DNA of 63,679 nucleotides, the filler included, from Choristocarpus tenellus KU-1152 (lineage: Eukaryota; Protista; Phaeophyceae): the NCBI GenBank assembly GCA_964200185.2. It is 9 parts of 9 records of this genome, joined end to end, with 100 filler letters (N's around TTAATTAATTAA, not from the genome) between each part and the next. Parts side by side here need not be neighbours in the genome. Positions count along the whole stretch, not along the records: positions 49,827 to 52,700 come from CAXNAD020024024.1; positions 52,801 to 61,003 come from CAXNAD020005005.1; positions 61,104 to 63,679 come from CAXNAD020026619.1; 6 more parts are not named here. One strand, 5' to 3'. The notes beneath the pieces were generated by a model. That model did no database searches. It was not told where the DNA came from and was given only the letters and a program-made list of their open reading frames with translations. Each line of letters opens with the position of its first letter. The first letter of the stretch is position 1. Both the position numbers and the translations under genes were made by a program. This document shows positions 52,593 to 63,679 of this stretch, in pieces.

Positions 52593-53364
52593 CTATTTCG
52601 TCAGAGACTACGTACGAGATCACAGGGGGTTGGATTTTTTTTTTTTTTTGCTTCATCTGTCTTTTTTATGTGGTGTTTCGGTTGTTATGTTTGGTGTGGT
52701 NNNNNNNNNNNNNNNNNNNNNNNNNNNNNNNNNNNNNNNNNNNNTTAATTAATTAANNNNNNNNNNNNNNNNNNNNNNNNNNNNNNNNNNNNNNNNNNNN
52801 AGGGAAGGATATTTGTGGAAAAAGTGGCACTGACGCGGTTATGAAATGGGAGTGGTATAGATCAGGCTCAGAAGCACCACAGGGAGGGGCGGGGGTGCTG
52901 AGTGAACAGTGAGGAGGTTGGTCTTTCCTGACATGTTCAACGCTTGAACGATAAAAAGCTCGTTGCCAAATTGCCTCTGCAGCGTACAGTGAGACATACC
53001 CCCAACCGCAGGTTGTGATGAGTAGAATAACTCCTTGTGAGCAGTATCTGACTCAGCATACTGTGGATATTACGTGGCACACTCTTTCTGTTCTACAGAC
53101 TGCATGAAACTGTCAAGTTGTATTTTATTCCTGTAGCTACAACATGAGCGGGCAACAAAACTCCCTCCCAGTTGTGCTGCAAGGCAACAGACACCAACAA
53201 GCCCATACAACTATCCACCATCCTTCCTCAAACCCATTAAAAAAAAAAATCACACGCCGATTGAAGACTTTCACACACAGGTTCGTGGCGGACAAATCTT
53301 CTGTACGTCCATTAGTACCGATAGAAACGAAAATATAAATCTCGTTCCTTCCAAAATAAAAAAA

Positions 53365-53480
53365 TTAAGTGACAATGGATATCAATGTGCTTGATACGGG
53401 TGGAGCTGGTTTCGTTGTGCATCAACTTGCTTGCTCCATCATTGTCCTCACACATCTCAATGCAACACCTGTGAAACGGT
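53365..53480 (-). mobile_element. Ty1/copia RNase H C-terminal remnant
   Basis: Minus strand reads EDNDGASKLMHNETSSTRIKHIDIHCHLI, matching the copia motif DN.GA..L..NP....RTKHID.R.HF. Confidence 0.75.
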
Positions 53481-53663
53481 GGCTCAATGAAAAAAAATCA
53501 AACACAGCAGTCAGTCGTGCGACTGGCTTTTTCCTGTGGTACAGCAGAATCTCAAAATACGACAAGAAAGAAAAACTCAGGAGTTGGGGGGAGATGGAGA
53601 AGGTAACTCCTGGATTGGAGGAAGTACCACAAGTGGTGAGGATGAAAATTAGGAGCAAAAATC

Positions 53664-53820
53664 GTAAAGAAGGAGAAACCTCCGGCACCTGGAAAACAGA
53701 ATATTCTGTTTCATGTCAAATACTGAGACACCACTGTACCCATACACAGGGTGCTAGTTGTGCTGAAGGTTATTTTAGAATATTCTGTTTTCCAGGTGCC
53801 GGAGGTTTCTCCTTCTTTAC
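53664..53820. repeat. Perfect 44-bp inverted repeat with 69-nt loop
   Basis: 53664-53707 is the exact reverse complement of 53777-53820. Confidence 0.95.
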
Positions 53821-54173
53821 TTAGTCTTGAACAGTGTAGCATAAAAAGTTAAGAGTAAAAATACTAATTTGGTATTTCGTAGTTGTATGGCAAAAGGTTT
53901 GTTGGGGAAGTTGTCCAAGGTATTGTGTGACCTGAAACAGAGGATAATTGGGTTCTTCTTGTGGATACATCATGCTGACTGTATTCAAATATGAAGTTGA
54001 TACATGTCGAGTAAGCTCAAATGTGCTGTATAATAACTAAGGGAACGGGTTGAAAATAGGAGCAAGCCAAGATAGGGACTTTTTGGAAGGAGAAGGGCAA
54101 CTACACAACCACCCTGAAGTAGGGGCCTGATCAGTTTCCACTGCACCATGGCATGAAACCTCTTTCCACTTAC

Positions 54174-55083
54174 CTACAGAATGCTGACAATGGCACATAG
54201 CCTATGCGATTGGCCTCTTCTATCGATATGCCACCTTCGCGTGCTTCCCCTCCGACAGGGATAATGCTGTACGACTCCAAGTAGGTCGAGAAAGGTGTCC
54301 TAAGGCGGTTATCAGAACACACGAGCATCCAGTCAACGACCGCCACCAACCTGCCTAACCATCTTGCTGGAGGGGGAGGTACACACAACAGCCTAACCTC
54401 TCCTAGAGGGAGGGGTGTTGAGAGGGCGAAATCGGAATGGGGTGGATGCAAGTGGTCGACGACATGACAACAAGGCAAGTACTTGCAAGCTGCTAACAAG
54501 GACCAACCACGGTCAATAGAAACATCGAACTCCTTTAAAAGAGAGTAGTAAATTTTCCAATAGGATGGTGGGCAACGTGTTACTTTTACTTTTCCAGCCA
54601 GCGCTGCAAACACCCTGCCGTTGTGGATATGTAAGTGTATTTTGGCAGTCCGCCACAGGAGACGTCAGCAGCATCCAGACTGATGCCAGAACATCGTTCG
54701 ACCTTATTAACAACCCCGTACATTAGAATGAGCATCAGCAACTACAATCTAGAAAGGAAAACATAGCAAGCACACTGACCGGTATCGTCTGCGATGAATA
54801 AGGACGCAAGTGCCCGAGGACCCTCCCTCACTGATGCAAATTCCAAGACCCCAAGGATCAATGTCAGGCCAGCACCCGGTTTTTCTCCTCTCCAGCTATT
54901 TGTACCATGCCTCAGCTCAAGTACGTCGGACAAAGTGCATATTCTTAAATCAGGACAACCATTTGCATCATAGCAAGGGTATCCTGAAGATGTGAGACGC
55001 TCAAACAGAGTCGATGGGTCATGTCGGACTCCGACCAGCTCTTGCAACGATGTGCTGCTGATGGCACCACATGCTGACGACAT
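54174..55083 (-). CDS. 5' exons of a protein resembling the CTC1 (CST complex) N-terminus; internal splice sites unresolved
   Basis: LTLILGVL...SLFIADDTGQCAC...FDVSIDRGWSLLAACKYLP parallels the CTC1 OB-fold pattern LLLLGTL...LYVRDNTG.L.C...LDLSWLG......W.YLP (compared from memory, not searched). AG|GTAAGT donor at about 54173. Confidence 0.4.
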
Positions 55084-57003
55084 CGAAATCTTGTCCTAAG
55101 GCTGCATGAGGGCTAGTCTCCTAGCTTCGCATACGATTCATCTGGGAAACTTGTCTTGTGTGGTCAACCTGAAGTGTTTGTCACATTATCGATCGATATC
55201 TTATATCAATTATGGATCTCAATTATGTATATAGTTTTCATTGGTTTCCCCCTGACACATCTGCAAAATGTCAGAGAGCATAATAATAAATTATGTATAT
55301 TGTTACCATCTCACCCTCATGTTCTCTATGTATGTGTTACGTTGTCCATCAACAATACATTAAGGCGGTACCGAACAAGAACACAAGGAAAAAAATCAGA
55401 GGTTTCCAACTTGTCACCAAATTGAAATCGTCGTGTCCACTCGCGAGACCAGTCCCACAATTATTTAACCTGTGCTGGTCCATATCTGCTAGGTAGGTGT
55501 TGAACCGGTCCATTTCAGCCGCTTACCAAGTCAAACATTCTCTGACCAGACCCTGCCCATCACATATTGCACCTGTCCATGTCCGCCAACCGAACTGGGT
55601 CTACCATTCTCTAACATGTCTAGACCATGTCAACTGGGTAATTTTAACGATCCCTCTCCACACGCTGACCAGTCTAACCTTTTCTGGAGTCCAGATCATG
55701 GCAGCAGCCAATCTGGTAGACCACGATGAAAAATGTGTTCATGTCAATATATCTCTCTGATTCACTTTACAATTTGAAAACTAGCTATACTACAAACACT
55801 CACTCCCTTAAATATTGGACACTACAATGTTATGTGTTCATTGCTGCTTCGTCCCCAACCTAGCTTAGCCCTACATAAACTGGGTGAGGACCTAGGTTAG
55901 CATCCCAAGAATCGTACAGGCCCCTCCTTGCCCATCTGTGTGGTGCCTCCAGCTTGAAATGAATGACACGTCTTGAGGGAGCCATCTGTTTAGTGATGGA
56001 TGCTGCATTTGTATTCAATTTTAAATTTTCAATAGTTTATTAAAAAATCAAGTCCAAATATTCTAAAATATCAATGTATGTAAGTACCTTTCTATATTTA
56101 GTACTTACACTAATAGTATAGGATGCAAAAAACAACTATAGTTGAATGCAACATAGGGAGGCATGGCTATGATGTGTCTAGCACTGGTGTCAAAAAAATA
56201 TCACGTGGGTGGCAATATATGAAACGTTTTTACATCGAGAATGCTGGTGGAAGTAGTGGATATGCCCTGCATGACCCCACATACATAATGAATATATACA
56301 AGTTTGCCTTGCCTAAGGTGGAGAAAGGTTTAGGGTCTGAAGTGGAGGTCGAGGAAGTTTAGAGTCATGAAGGTGTCTCTGCACTGAGTAGGGTTGGTAT
56401 TGACTGGAAGAGTACCGTTACGGTAGTTTTTGTCCCCTGTCGGCATGCTCTATGTATTGTGTAGGTATTTTGAATGCACTCGTGACCTGTGTGGTACCTG
56501 CATCATAGCCCTGGGTTGTTTTTTCCTCCTGACATTTTTTGGACACTTGGGTGTGCAGTTTCTTGGCACCCCCCCCCCCCTGTCCCATGCCATTTACTTC
56601 TGTCCTTCTCAATCTTGCTTTCTTGTTTAAATACTTACCTTGCACTCCACACTCTTGTTATCTTAACGCCTGTACATTGGGGGCGTACATATCATATCTT
56701 TGAAATAGGTGATGAAGCGTTTCCACTATTGTTTTCGTCCATTGACTGTATTGTGTGTTGTATTATTGCAGTCGTACCATTGGTTATTAGTGGGTGTTTT
56801 GACATATTTCCTTGCACCTTTGTTGTCCATCAACGAGTGTCACGATTTCTTCTTGTGCAAGAACACCTACTACTGGACACAGTTCGATGGTTTTTTTCTG
56901 CAATACAAAAGATTTTATTAGGTACTCTAGATCATTTTATTGGTCCTAACCCTATGTGGGCTGAACAAGAATATGAAAAAGGAATGTGAAAAATGTTGTA
57001 ACT

Positions 57004-57262
57004 GAGTCAAAGTATCTTAGAGGGTAGAGTCGCGTCCATTTGGGGGCAAAAACCCAATGTTGCGATTTTGATATAATTTTGGGTATCATGCTTGTTAGGA
57101 AGTGTAAATATGCTTGTTCCGGACACACCTTTTCAAAAGGTATACATTTTATCTGCTCCGAAACATTTTGGAGTAGGAAAATGTCATTGAAAAACCCGTG
57201 GGAATCCAAACCCCAAATGGACAAAAAGGGCAAAATTCGTACCCTCTAAGATACTTTCACTC
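57004..57262. mobile_element. MITE family A copy with no TSD, directly joined to the right half of a family C copy (57263-57415)
   Basis: Family A TIRs followed by family C interior ending CCAGGGTACCTCTCGTTTACCTTGGCTC. Confidence 0.87.
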
Positions 57263-57429
57263 ATTGTGTCGAAAAATTTCATACAATAGAGAAATCATCG
57301 CTCTCAAATCAATCTTTGTACTTCATGCATAAAAATATGTTGAGTCACAAAAGATAAAATTTCGGTTAAAATGCAAAACGGCCAAAACCAGGGTACCTCT
57401 CGTTTACCTTGGCTCCCCACCCATTTAAT

Positions 57430-59990
57430 GCAAGGTTCACGGATTGGATCAGGAACATTATCTTCCAGCTGCTGGAGTACAGGCAGTGCTTGTGACTGCA
57501 CCTGCCTGAGGCAAGCGTTGCAAACTCGAGGATGAGACATATCCTACACTCCCTTTGCCGTCTCAGACAGTGACTTTGGAAAGACTCATGTCAGCCTGGC
57601 TTCCCTCCCCATCGCTAGGGGGAGGGTCAACAGCCAGACGGCCAGGTCAGGTTACACATAGTAATGATGACAACATTCTGAGTAAGAACACGGTACCCAT
57701 CACAGAGATGAGTGATCTCCAGCCCCAGGTAAAATACCTTCGAGCCAGTGGGAACGTCTTTCGGGTCTTTCTAAGACGGCAAAAACCTGGTTAAGGAATT
57801 GGTAGATCAGTAAGGGTGCAGGGGATCCATCCCCATTTCATATGGTGATTTACAACCAGGATTTGCCAAGGTCGATGTGTGATTGAATGAGTGACGGAAT
57901 ATAGTGTTGAGCCTCAGCCCAGAGAGATCCTGTCTTGGGGATAGAGATATTGGGCAAATGGAGTGGAGCTTGAAGGCAAGCAGCTAATGAAGCCTTACCA
58001 ATAATACTTAGCGCGTGTTCAACAGCCCCGTTAAATTTTGGGCTCTCTGCTGATGCGAACTCCTGCTTAATCCCATAGTCATGGTAAAGAGCATCGAATG
58101 CTCCCTCATAGAACTACCCCCCACTATCAGATTGCATGCACATGACCCGAGAGGGAGTACCATCAGTTCACATATCGGTCAAGTACTAGTATTTCTTGAA
58201 GGTTTTAGCAGTATCCGACTTAAGACGAAGGAAATACAACCAAACAAGACGAGAATAGTTAACCTGAATTATCATGGTGTAACGCTTACTACTGCCAAGT
58301 GAAAAGGTAAACCTCCTGCCACTACTTAGATAGACAAGACCCAGTCCAGTTTTCTCGTCACCAGTGAAGATGTGCAGGATGGGATCCCCTTCTGTATGCC
58401 CTTGCTCATGGAGTAGAGTGCACATGCTCCAAACCGCCCACCACTGTAATACCCATTGAAGAGGCAGTAGACTTGAGCATTGCCTCGTGAATGTGGCCAA
58501 AAGAGCGCGGTTGGAAAGGTTAATATCCGCCTCAGTGTGGGGAGCATGGCGTGTGTGTCAGGGGGTGATTGTGGCTTTAAAAGCAGTTTCAACGCATTTT
58601 GGCAGTCACAGTGAAAAATGTTTGACCACACAGGGTGTGATGAACACCAGGATTTTTTAGTTTGCCCTCAAAGAGTGAGAATGTACTAGCTGTGCCCATG
58701 CATTTCGCACCCATGTCTGCTGCAGCTTGGTAGAGAGGTTGAAACCGAGGTTCGGGACAAGTGCGACATTTTACTGCAGGATCTCCATCACCTCATCATC
58801 ACGTGAAGTAAACATTACTATTAGATTACTATGCCCTCAAAATTGACGTAGTTTTGACTAGCAATGATGATCTTTCAATCCTCTACACAAGGATTATAGT
58901 TAGTCACGAACTTCCTCGTGTAGGTCAAGTGGGACGAGGTTTCACTATTGCATACCCACTTTTCTCTCTTTACACCACCCCCAACACTTGACACCAGACA
59001 CTCATCAACCCCACACTTCCCAGGACATTGCTACTTGCAGAGTTCTATGTGGTGACCAATAGTGTGAATCACTTGTGGTTGTCCTATTCATACTTCCGCA
59101 GTATCAAGGGGAGGTTAATCCTTGGCTCATCCTTCTCTGCTCCTTCCCTACCATGATCACAAAGACTGATGTGCAGGTAGCGGTATCATGAGCACATCCA
59201 TTACACTTGGTCCAAATACAGTTAAGGCAAGTCACCTCCTTGTGTCCAGTCTTGCCACACCTGTCACAAGGAATCTTCTCTTAACTATTGGGTTGGAATC
59301 AAAACTATTATTTTTCCTTCCTCCATTAAACTTCCGCCGCCCTCCATGACCTTCGACATTATGATGAGACTGACCCTTGCCGTGTGTTGAAAATCCAGCG
59401 ACCAGAGCATGACTGTTCTTGGGTTGTATACCAATTCCCGAGCGAACTGAGGCATATCTCTCTCGTACCATCTTTTTGACGTCTGCTTGACATAAATCCT
59501 CTGCAAAGCCATCAAGTGCATGTCAGTGTCGTATTCAGGTCCCAGGTCACTCACAAACTGAAGTAGTAATTTGTCGCAGATGACGAGGTCCATTACCATA
59601 ATCCTACTCGGTAGGAACTTGAGCTGTTTGAGAGTGAGAAGTGTGTTTTCCCTCTCTCCATCTTTGAAGAGGGTGTATTCTCAAAGTAATTCCTTACTGG
59701 TGCCCACTGTTTTTGGCACGAATTCAGTTGTCCACAGCCGCAAAAAGCTCACTAGGCCTCAAGCGCATGAAGCATAGACCCTCTGTCGCAGGCGCAACAA
59801 TAGCATGGGTGAGCAAATATACGCTTCCCCCACTATCTAAACACCCTTTAGCTATTTCCATCAGCCATAAGTTCCTCGTTGGAGCGCTCGTGGTTAATCC
59901 GTCTTGGGGCAGTCAGCGCAGCCAGGCAGTTAATGCGCTTGCAACATACCATGCCTCCTCCAATCCTGGTCGTTGGAGTCATCCAATGGC
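57430..59990 (-). mobile_element. Degenerate Ty1/copia LTR retrotransposon (gag to integrase)
   Basis: Integrase core SLGSSKRYTMIIQVNYSRLVWLYFLRLKSD...MQSDSGG*F...GIKQEFASAESPKFNGAVE and gag-like LLLQFVSDLGPEYD; multiple stops and frameshifts; no LTRs identified. Confidence 0.85.
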
Positions 59991-60211
59991 TTGGATGGCT
60001 GGGCTTTGATCTCTGCCGTCATGTGTGACAAGCAATATGTCTGCCAGACCCTGAACGGGCAGAAGAACTGGACCTCCGACTCATGCTGCTCTTGGTGTTA
60101 AATCTGTCCGGTTTGTCACTCCTATCTTGATAACCTTCACCCACAATGGGTTCCACAGGTCCGACTTGGCTGCTACATAGCCATGTGGGGGCTGCGTACC
60201 AGGCATGTGCA

Positions 60212-60481
60212 GAGTCAAAGTCTATTAGAGGGTAGAATCGTGTCCATTTGGAGACTAAAATCCAATGTTGCGATGTTGATGTAATTTTGGCGATCGTGTT
60301 TGTTAAGGACATATCAATATCCTTGTTCCAGACACACATTTCATAGTATAATATATAATATATGAAGCCTAATCCGAAACATTTTGGAGTAGGAAAATGC
60401 CATTAAAAAAACATGGGAAGCCAAGCCTCTATCTAACGGACAAACAGGGCAAAACCTGTACCCTCTAAGATACTTTCACTC
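60212..60481. mobile_element. MITE family A copy
   Basis: GAGTCAAAGTCTATTAGAGGGTAG ... TACCCTCTAAGATACTTTCACTC; no clear TSD. Confidence 0.87.
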
Positions 60482-61225
60482 ACAGCGGCCTGGACATCAG
60501 AATGATCCCCACTGTCGGCCCTACCAACATTTGTCCGAAAATGATAGTCACGTTATTGTTTCAATTCCGTCATCTTAGACAGGACCTCCACAGTGGAGAA
60601 AAGTTGTTCAAGACGATTTTCAGCAAGGGGCGCCTAACTTCGGCCATGATCGTGGACTGGTGGGATCCCTTCTCCGCATGAAGACATGATAAAGTACACA
60701 TTAGAAAAGCAAGGTTCAATATAGAGTGCCAAAGTATCCCCCACCTCATGTAATGATAAGAGTAATAAACACAGGGATGTTGCCAAATGTTGTAGAATGA
60801 TTGCTTAACGTTACCTAGAACATGCAGCACCTCTTTAAAATCATGAATATTTCCTTACATATTGTATGAGAAAGGTTCTGACCACACCAACCACTAACAG
60901 TTGTAATCTGACTTCATACACTCTTACCAGAAGACTCAAAGTATCTGGGAGAGGGTGGCGGCTGTCCATTTGGGGTCAATTTTTTCATGTCGCGATTTTG
61001 GACNNNNNNNNNNNNNNNNNNNNNNNNNNNNNNNNNNNNNNNNNNNNTTAATTAATTAANNNNNNNNNNNNNNNNNNNNNNNNNNNNNNNNNNNNNNNNN
61101 NNNCCCGTCTACGGTTTGTTCCTCCCCCCATCCTGATACGTGTTAACAAGCGGCACTTTTTTTTTTTTACTCTGAGCAGATATATTTGATTAATTAACGT
61201 GATGTTGCTGTCCCCCATTCGCCAG

Positions 61226-63225
61226 ATTATCCAAACGGATCGGCTGGTCATCACCAACAGCACCAGCAACGCCATGCGAGCCAAAGCCGACGGTAAACCT
61301 CTCGGCTTCGTGTTCATGTCCGTAGACGCCGCGAACCAGACAACACGCGCCCTCCCAGCACTTTACCTACCCATGGCGGTGAGAGGTAACCACACGCGCG
61401 CACAGTCCATCCGACAAGAACTTTGCAGCCGCACACGGAACAGAATAGACGACCATATTTTATTCTACGGATGAGTGCAAAGTCCCAAGAAATAATCGCC
61501 AAAACAAAATCACATAATTCCACAACCTATTCAATTCATCATGATCACCTTTCTTACCCCTTCCTTTTGTTCATGTCCCCCTTATCAGGGGCTACTCCGA
61601 GCGCCAGAAGATCATGGCCGCACACGTCGAAGGCCAGTTCGCGGAGGTGTTCTTCACTCCTATCAATCTTGGAGGAGGTACGTACTGTAGAGTGGCGTAA
61701 GAGCTAATCAACGGGTAGTGGAGATCGCAGACAAGTACATCAGCCGTATGGATGTATGTCCTCTACATTGCATAAACAAATTACATTGCCCCTCTTTTTA
61801 GCTCCAAACAAACAATTCGTAAATGAGCAGAGTACTTTTTACCAACAGTTGTTTAACATCATTGTTCGCGCAGGTTGTAACCTTGTCTGCACAGCCCCCC
61901 ACCTTGCCCTCACAAGGCTTATCGACAAGTACCGCAACAGCCTTGATGACTCGGGGAATTGCATCATCCGGCACGCGCATTGGCAGGCAAGAAGGTTTCA
62001 TCCTGACACGACCTACTCAACACAGCCTTGCTGAATATCTAACCCTAAGTAACTAACTGCACGGTCTTTAGTTTTGGTTTGTGTATTGCAAACTGCATGT
62101 ATGATGGCGGTGAGATTGCGCTCTAGCAATACTGGAAACCTACCCTGTTCCTCCACGAAACGCGGCGAAATGGCTCACATAGTGGCATCACGCCCATCCC
62201 TCCCTCGCTCCCAACTCCCCAAACTGGCCAGGTCGACAACTGCGTCTCGGAGAACAAGAACAATTTCTTTATCGGATATGCGGGGCTGTTGTTTGCGGCG
62301 AGTGTCATTCGTGTTATCGAGATACATTTTATGACGGTGGGGCACACGCACATCAAAATCGATCAGAACTTCCCCAGGTAATTAGGCAAGCTGTATATTA
62401 CGCAAGTTCGATAGCCACAGAGTGTTTTTATATGGACAGATACAGCCTCGAGTCTTGCAGCCCACGCTTGTTGCATTCCTGGAAGGTTTACGGTTGCACA
62501 CTGTAATTGATCGATCGACTTTTGATTTCCCCACAACGAAATTTACCTACAAGAAGAGCAGCTGTCTAAACTGTTTCGTAACATACTCTCGAAACAAAAC
62601 AATGAAAAAAATCTACGCATCACCCAATTGGTATATTGATTTTTCCATATACATGCATCAGAGCATGTCCCTGCATATATATCTTGCTTCTCCACTTAGT
62701 TTCTTTCGCAGAGTCAACCTAGCTCTACGTGCTATCGATTAATCTGCGCCCCCGCCTCGAAATTATCTTGCTTACGTTTCACGTTCAGCTTCTCACGTGG
62801 AATAAAAGGCAAAAACATTTTCACTAGAACATAGCTGGGTGAAGAGTTGCAGGCCTCTTACTCGGAGGTTCCTGTATACTGGAAGACCCTACGGAACCTG
62901 GGAAACCTCAAGGGACTCCTTGAAGGTCGCGTCAACCGTGTCCCCAACATCACGAGCTAGAGGGCTTTTCGCTTTGATAAAGGCGGTGATGGGCGGGTGA
63001 AGGTTAGCGTAAAGCGATATACGCACAGCGCCGAATGGAGAGGAATAGGGGGAGACCTTACTATCGACCCCAACGCCCCTCCGCACGACCTCTTCATCGG
63101 CCACCCGCCTCGTATCCAAGATGCACCACCCTACCAGCTCAAGAGTGTTCCCAAAGACGTCATCCTGAAGGTGGAGCAGTGGTACCAGGCGTCGCACGAG
63201 CGCCTCCCTGCTGCGTACCCACTGG
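61226..63225 (+). pseudogene. Intron-containing Sola-like/DUF7869-type transposase pseudogene. Exons: 61226-61378, 61589-61677, 61874-61986, 62232-62377, 62789-63225
   Basis: Motifs MSVDAANQ..LP(HF), QKIMAAHVEG, GCNLVCT, WQVDNCVSENKNN and IHFMTVGHTHIKIDQNF. Disabled by an apparent +1 frameshift near 61357 and in-frame TAG stops at 62832 and 62958. Confidence 0.75.
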
Positions 63226-63679
63226 GTAAGACGATTTTTTCGTGAGGAGAGTTGATAGCTAATTTTGGTATTCGGTGGCAGCCAAAAAAATCAGGTGTAA
63301 GTTTTATACTCTGCAGCATTTGCAGCCTTTAGAAAAAAAATCTTGAATAATTTTGCATTGTCATGTGTAGTGATCGTCGCATGTTACCATAATAATTACC
63401 ATAGATTACTCCCCATAAATGTTTTGAGGGTACGGGTCTTGTACTCAACAGAGACGATTCCGACGAAATATACACCCTCCCTCTCACCGCATGCTCCCCG
63501 AGTGCATTCGTGAAACCTCATGCCTGATAACAAAGTAACATTCATACATCCATACCGTTGATGTCCTCGTGCTCATGTATTCCACCCTCGCAGACGATGA
63601 AGCCGTTCAGAGAGCGAAACACGAGCAAAGCGAGTCTGTGCGACTTCTCAAAAAGACAGGGGAACGAGATTTCGACCTC

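Noticed and set aside
15613-61103. Regularly recurring TTAATTAATTAA palindrome within N runs
   Set aside because: Artificial six-frame-stop linker used to concatenate contigs; not biological.
62832-62960. Two in-frame TAG codons suggesting stop-codon reassignment
   Set aside because: The COG4 gene terminates at TAG, other modelled genes have no in-frame TAG, and the same element also has a frameshift; ordinary decay explains it.

Overview
This is eukaryotic, intron-rich DNA of roughly 40-45% GC (by eye). The gene families and repeats fit a brown alga or a related stramenopile (inference). It is not one locus: eight artificial 100-nt spacers (N44-TTAATTAATTAA-N44) join nine unrelated contigs, so adjacency across spacers is meaningless. 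The ORF track misses the real genes because they are spliced. Manual exon joining gives (1) an 11-exon Pmp/parallel beta-helix surface protein, 3'-truncated; (2) a partial TM-plus-RGS (7TM-RGS-like) gene; (3) an apparently complete 6-exon Asp/Asn beta-hydroxylase-like gene; (4) a partial myo-inositol dehydrogenase-like gene; (5) a hypothetical gene; (6) the 3' end of COG4; (7) a partial IPNS-like 2OG-Fe(II) oxygenase; (8) a WD40 fragment; (9) a candidate CTC1 N-terminus; (10) an intron-containing Sola/DUF7869-like transposase pseudogene. Degenerate RTE LINE, Penelope-like and Ty1/copia remnants are also present. The most notable structure is a set of at least four MITE families that share a terminal motif (GAGTCAAAGTA-like) and make 4-bp TSDs, with repeated nesting into one ~20-bp window of family C. 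Other highlights are (CCCTAA)n telomeric repeats inside MITE copies, three candidate GC-AG introns, a perfect 44-bp hairpin, and a shared hairpin/CCAAT/TATA element upstream of two unrelated genes. No prokaryotic system (CRISPR etc.) is evident.
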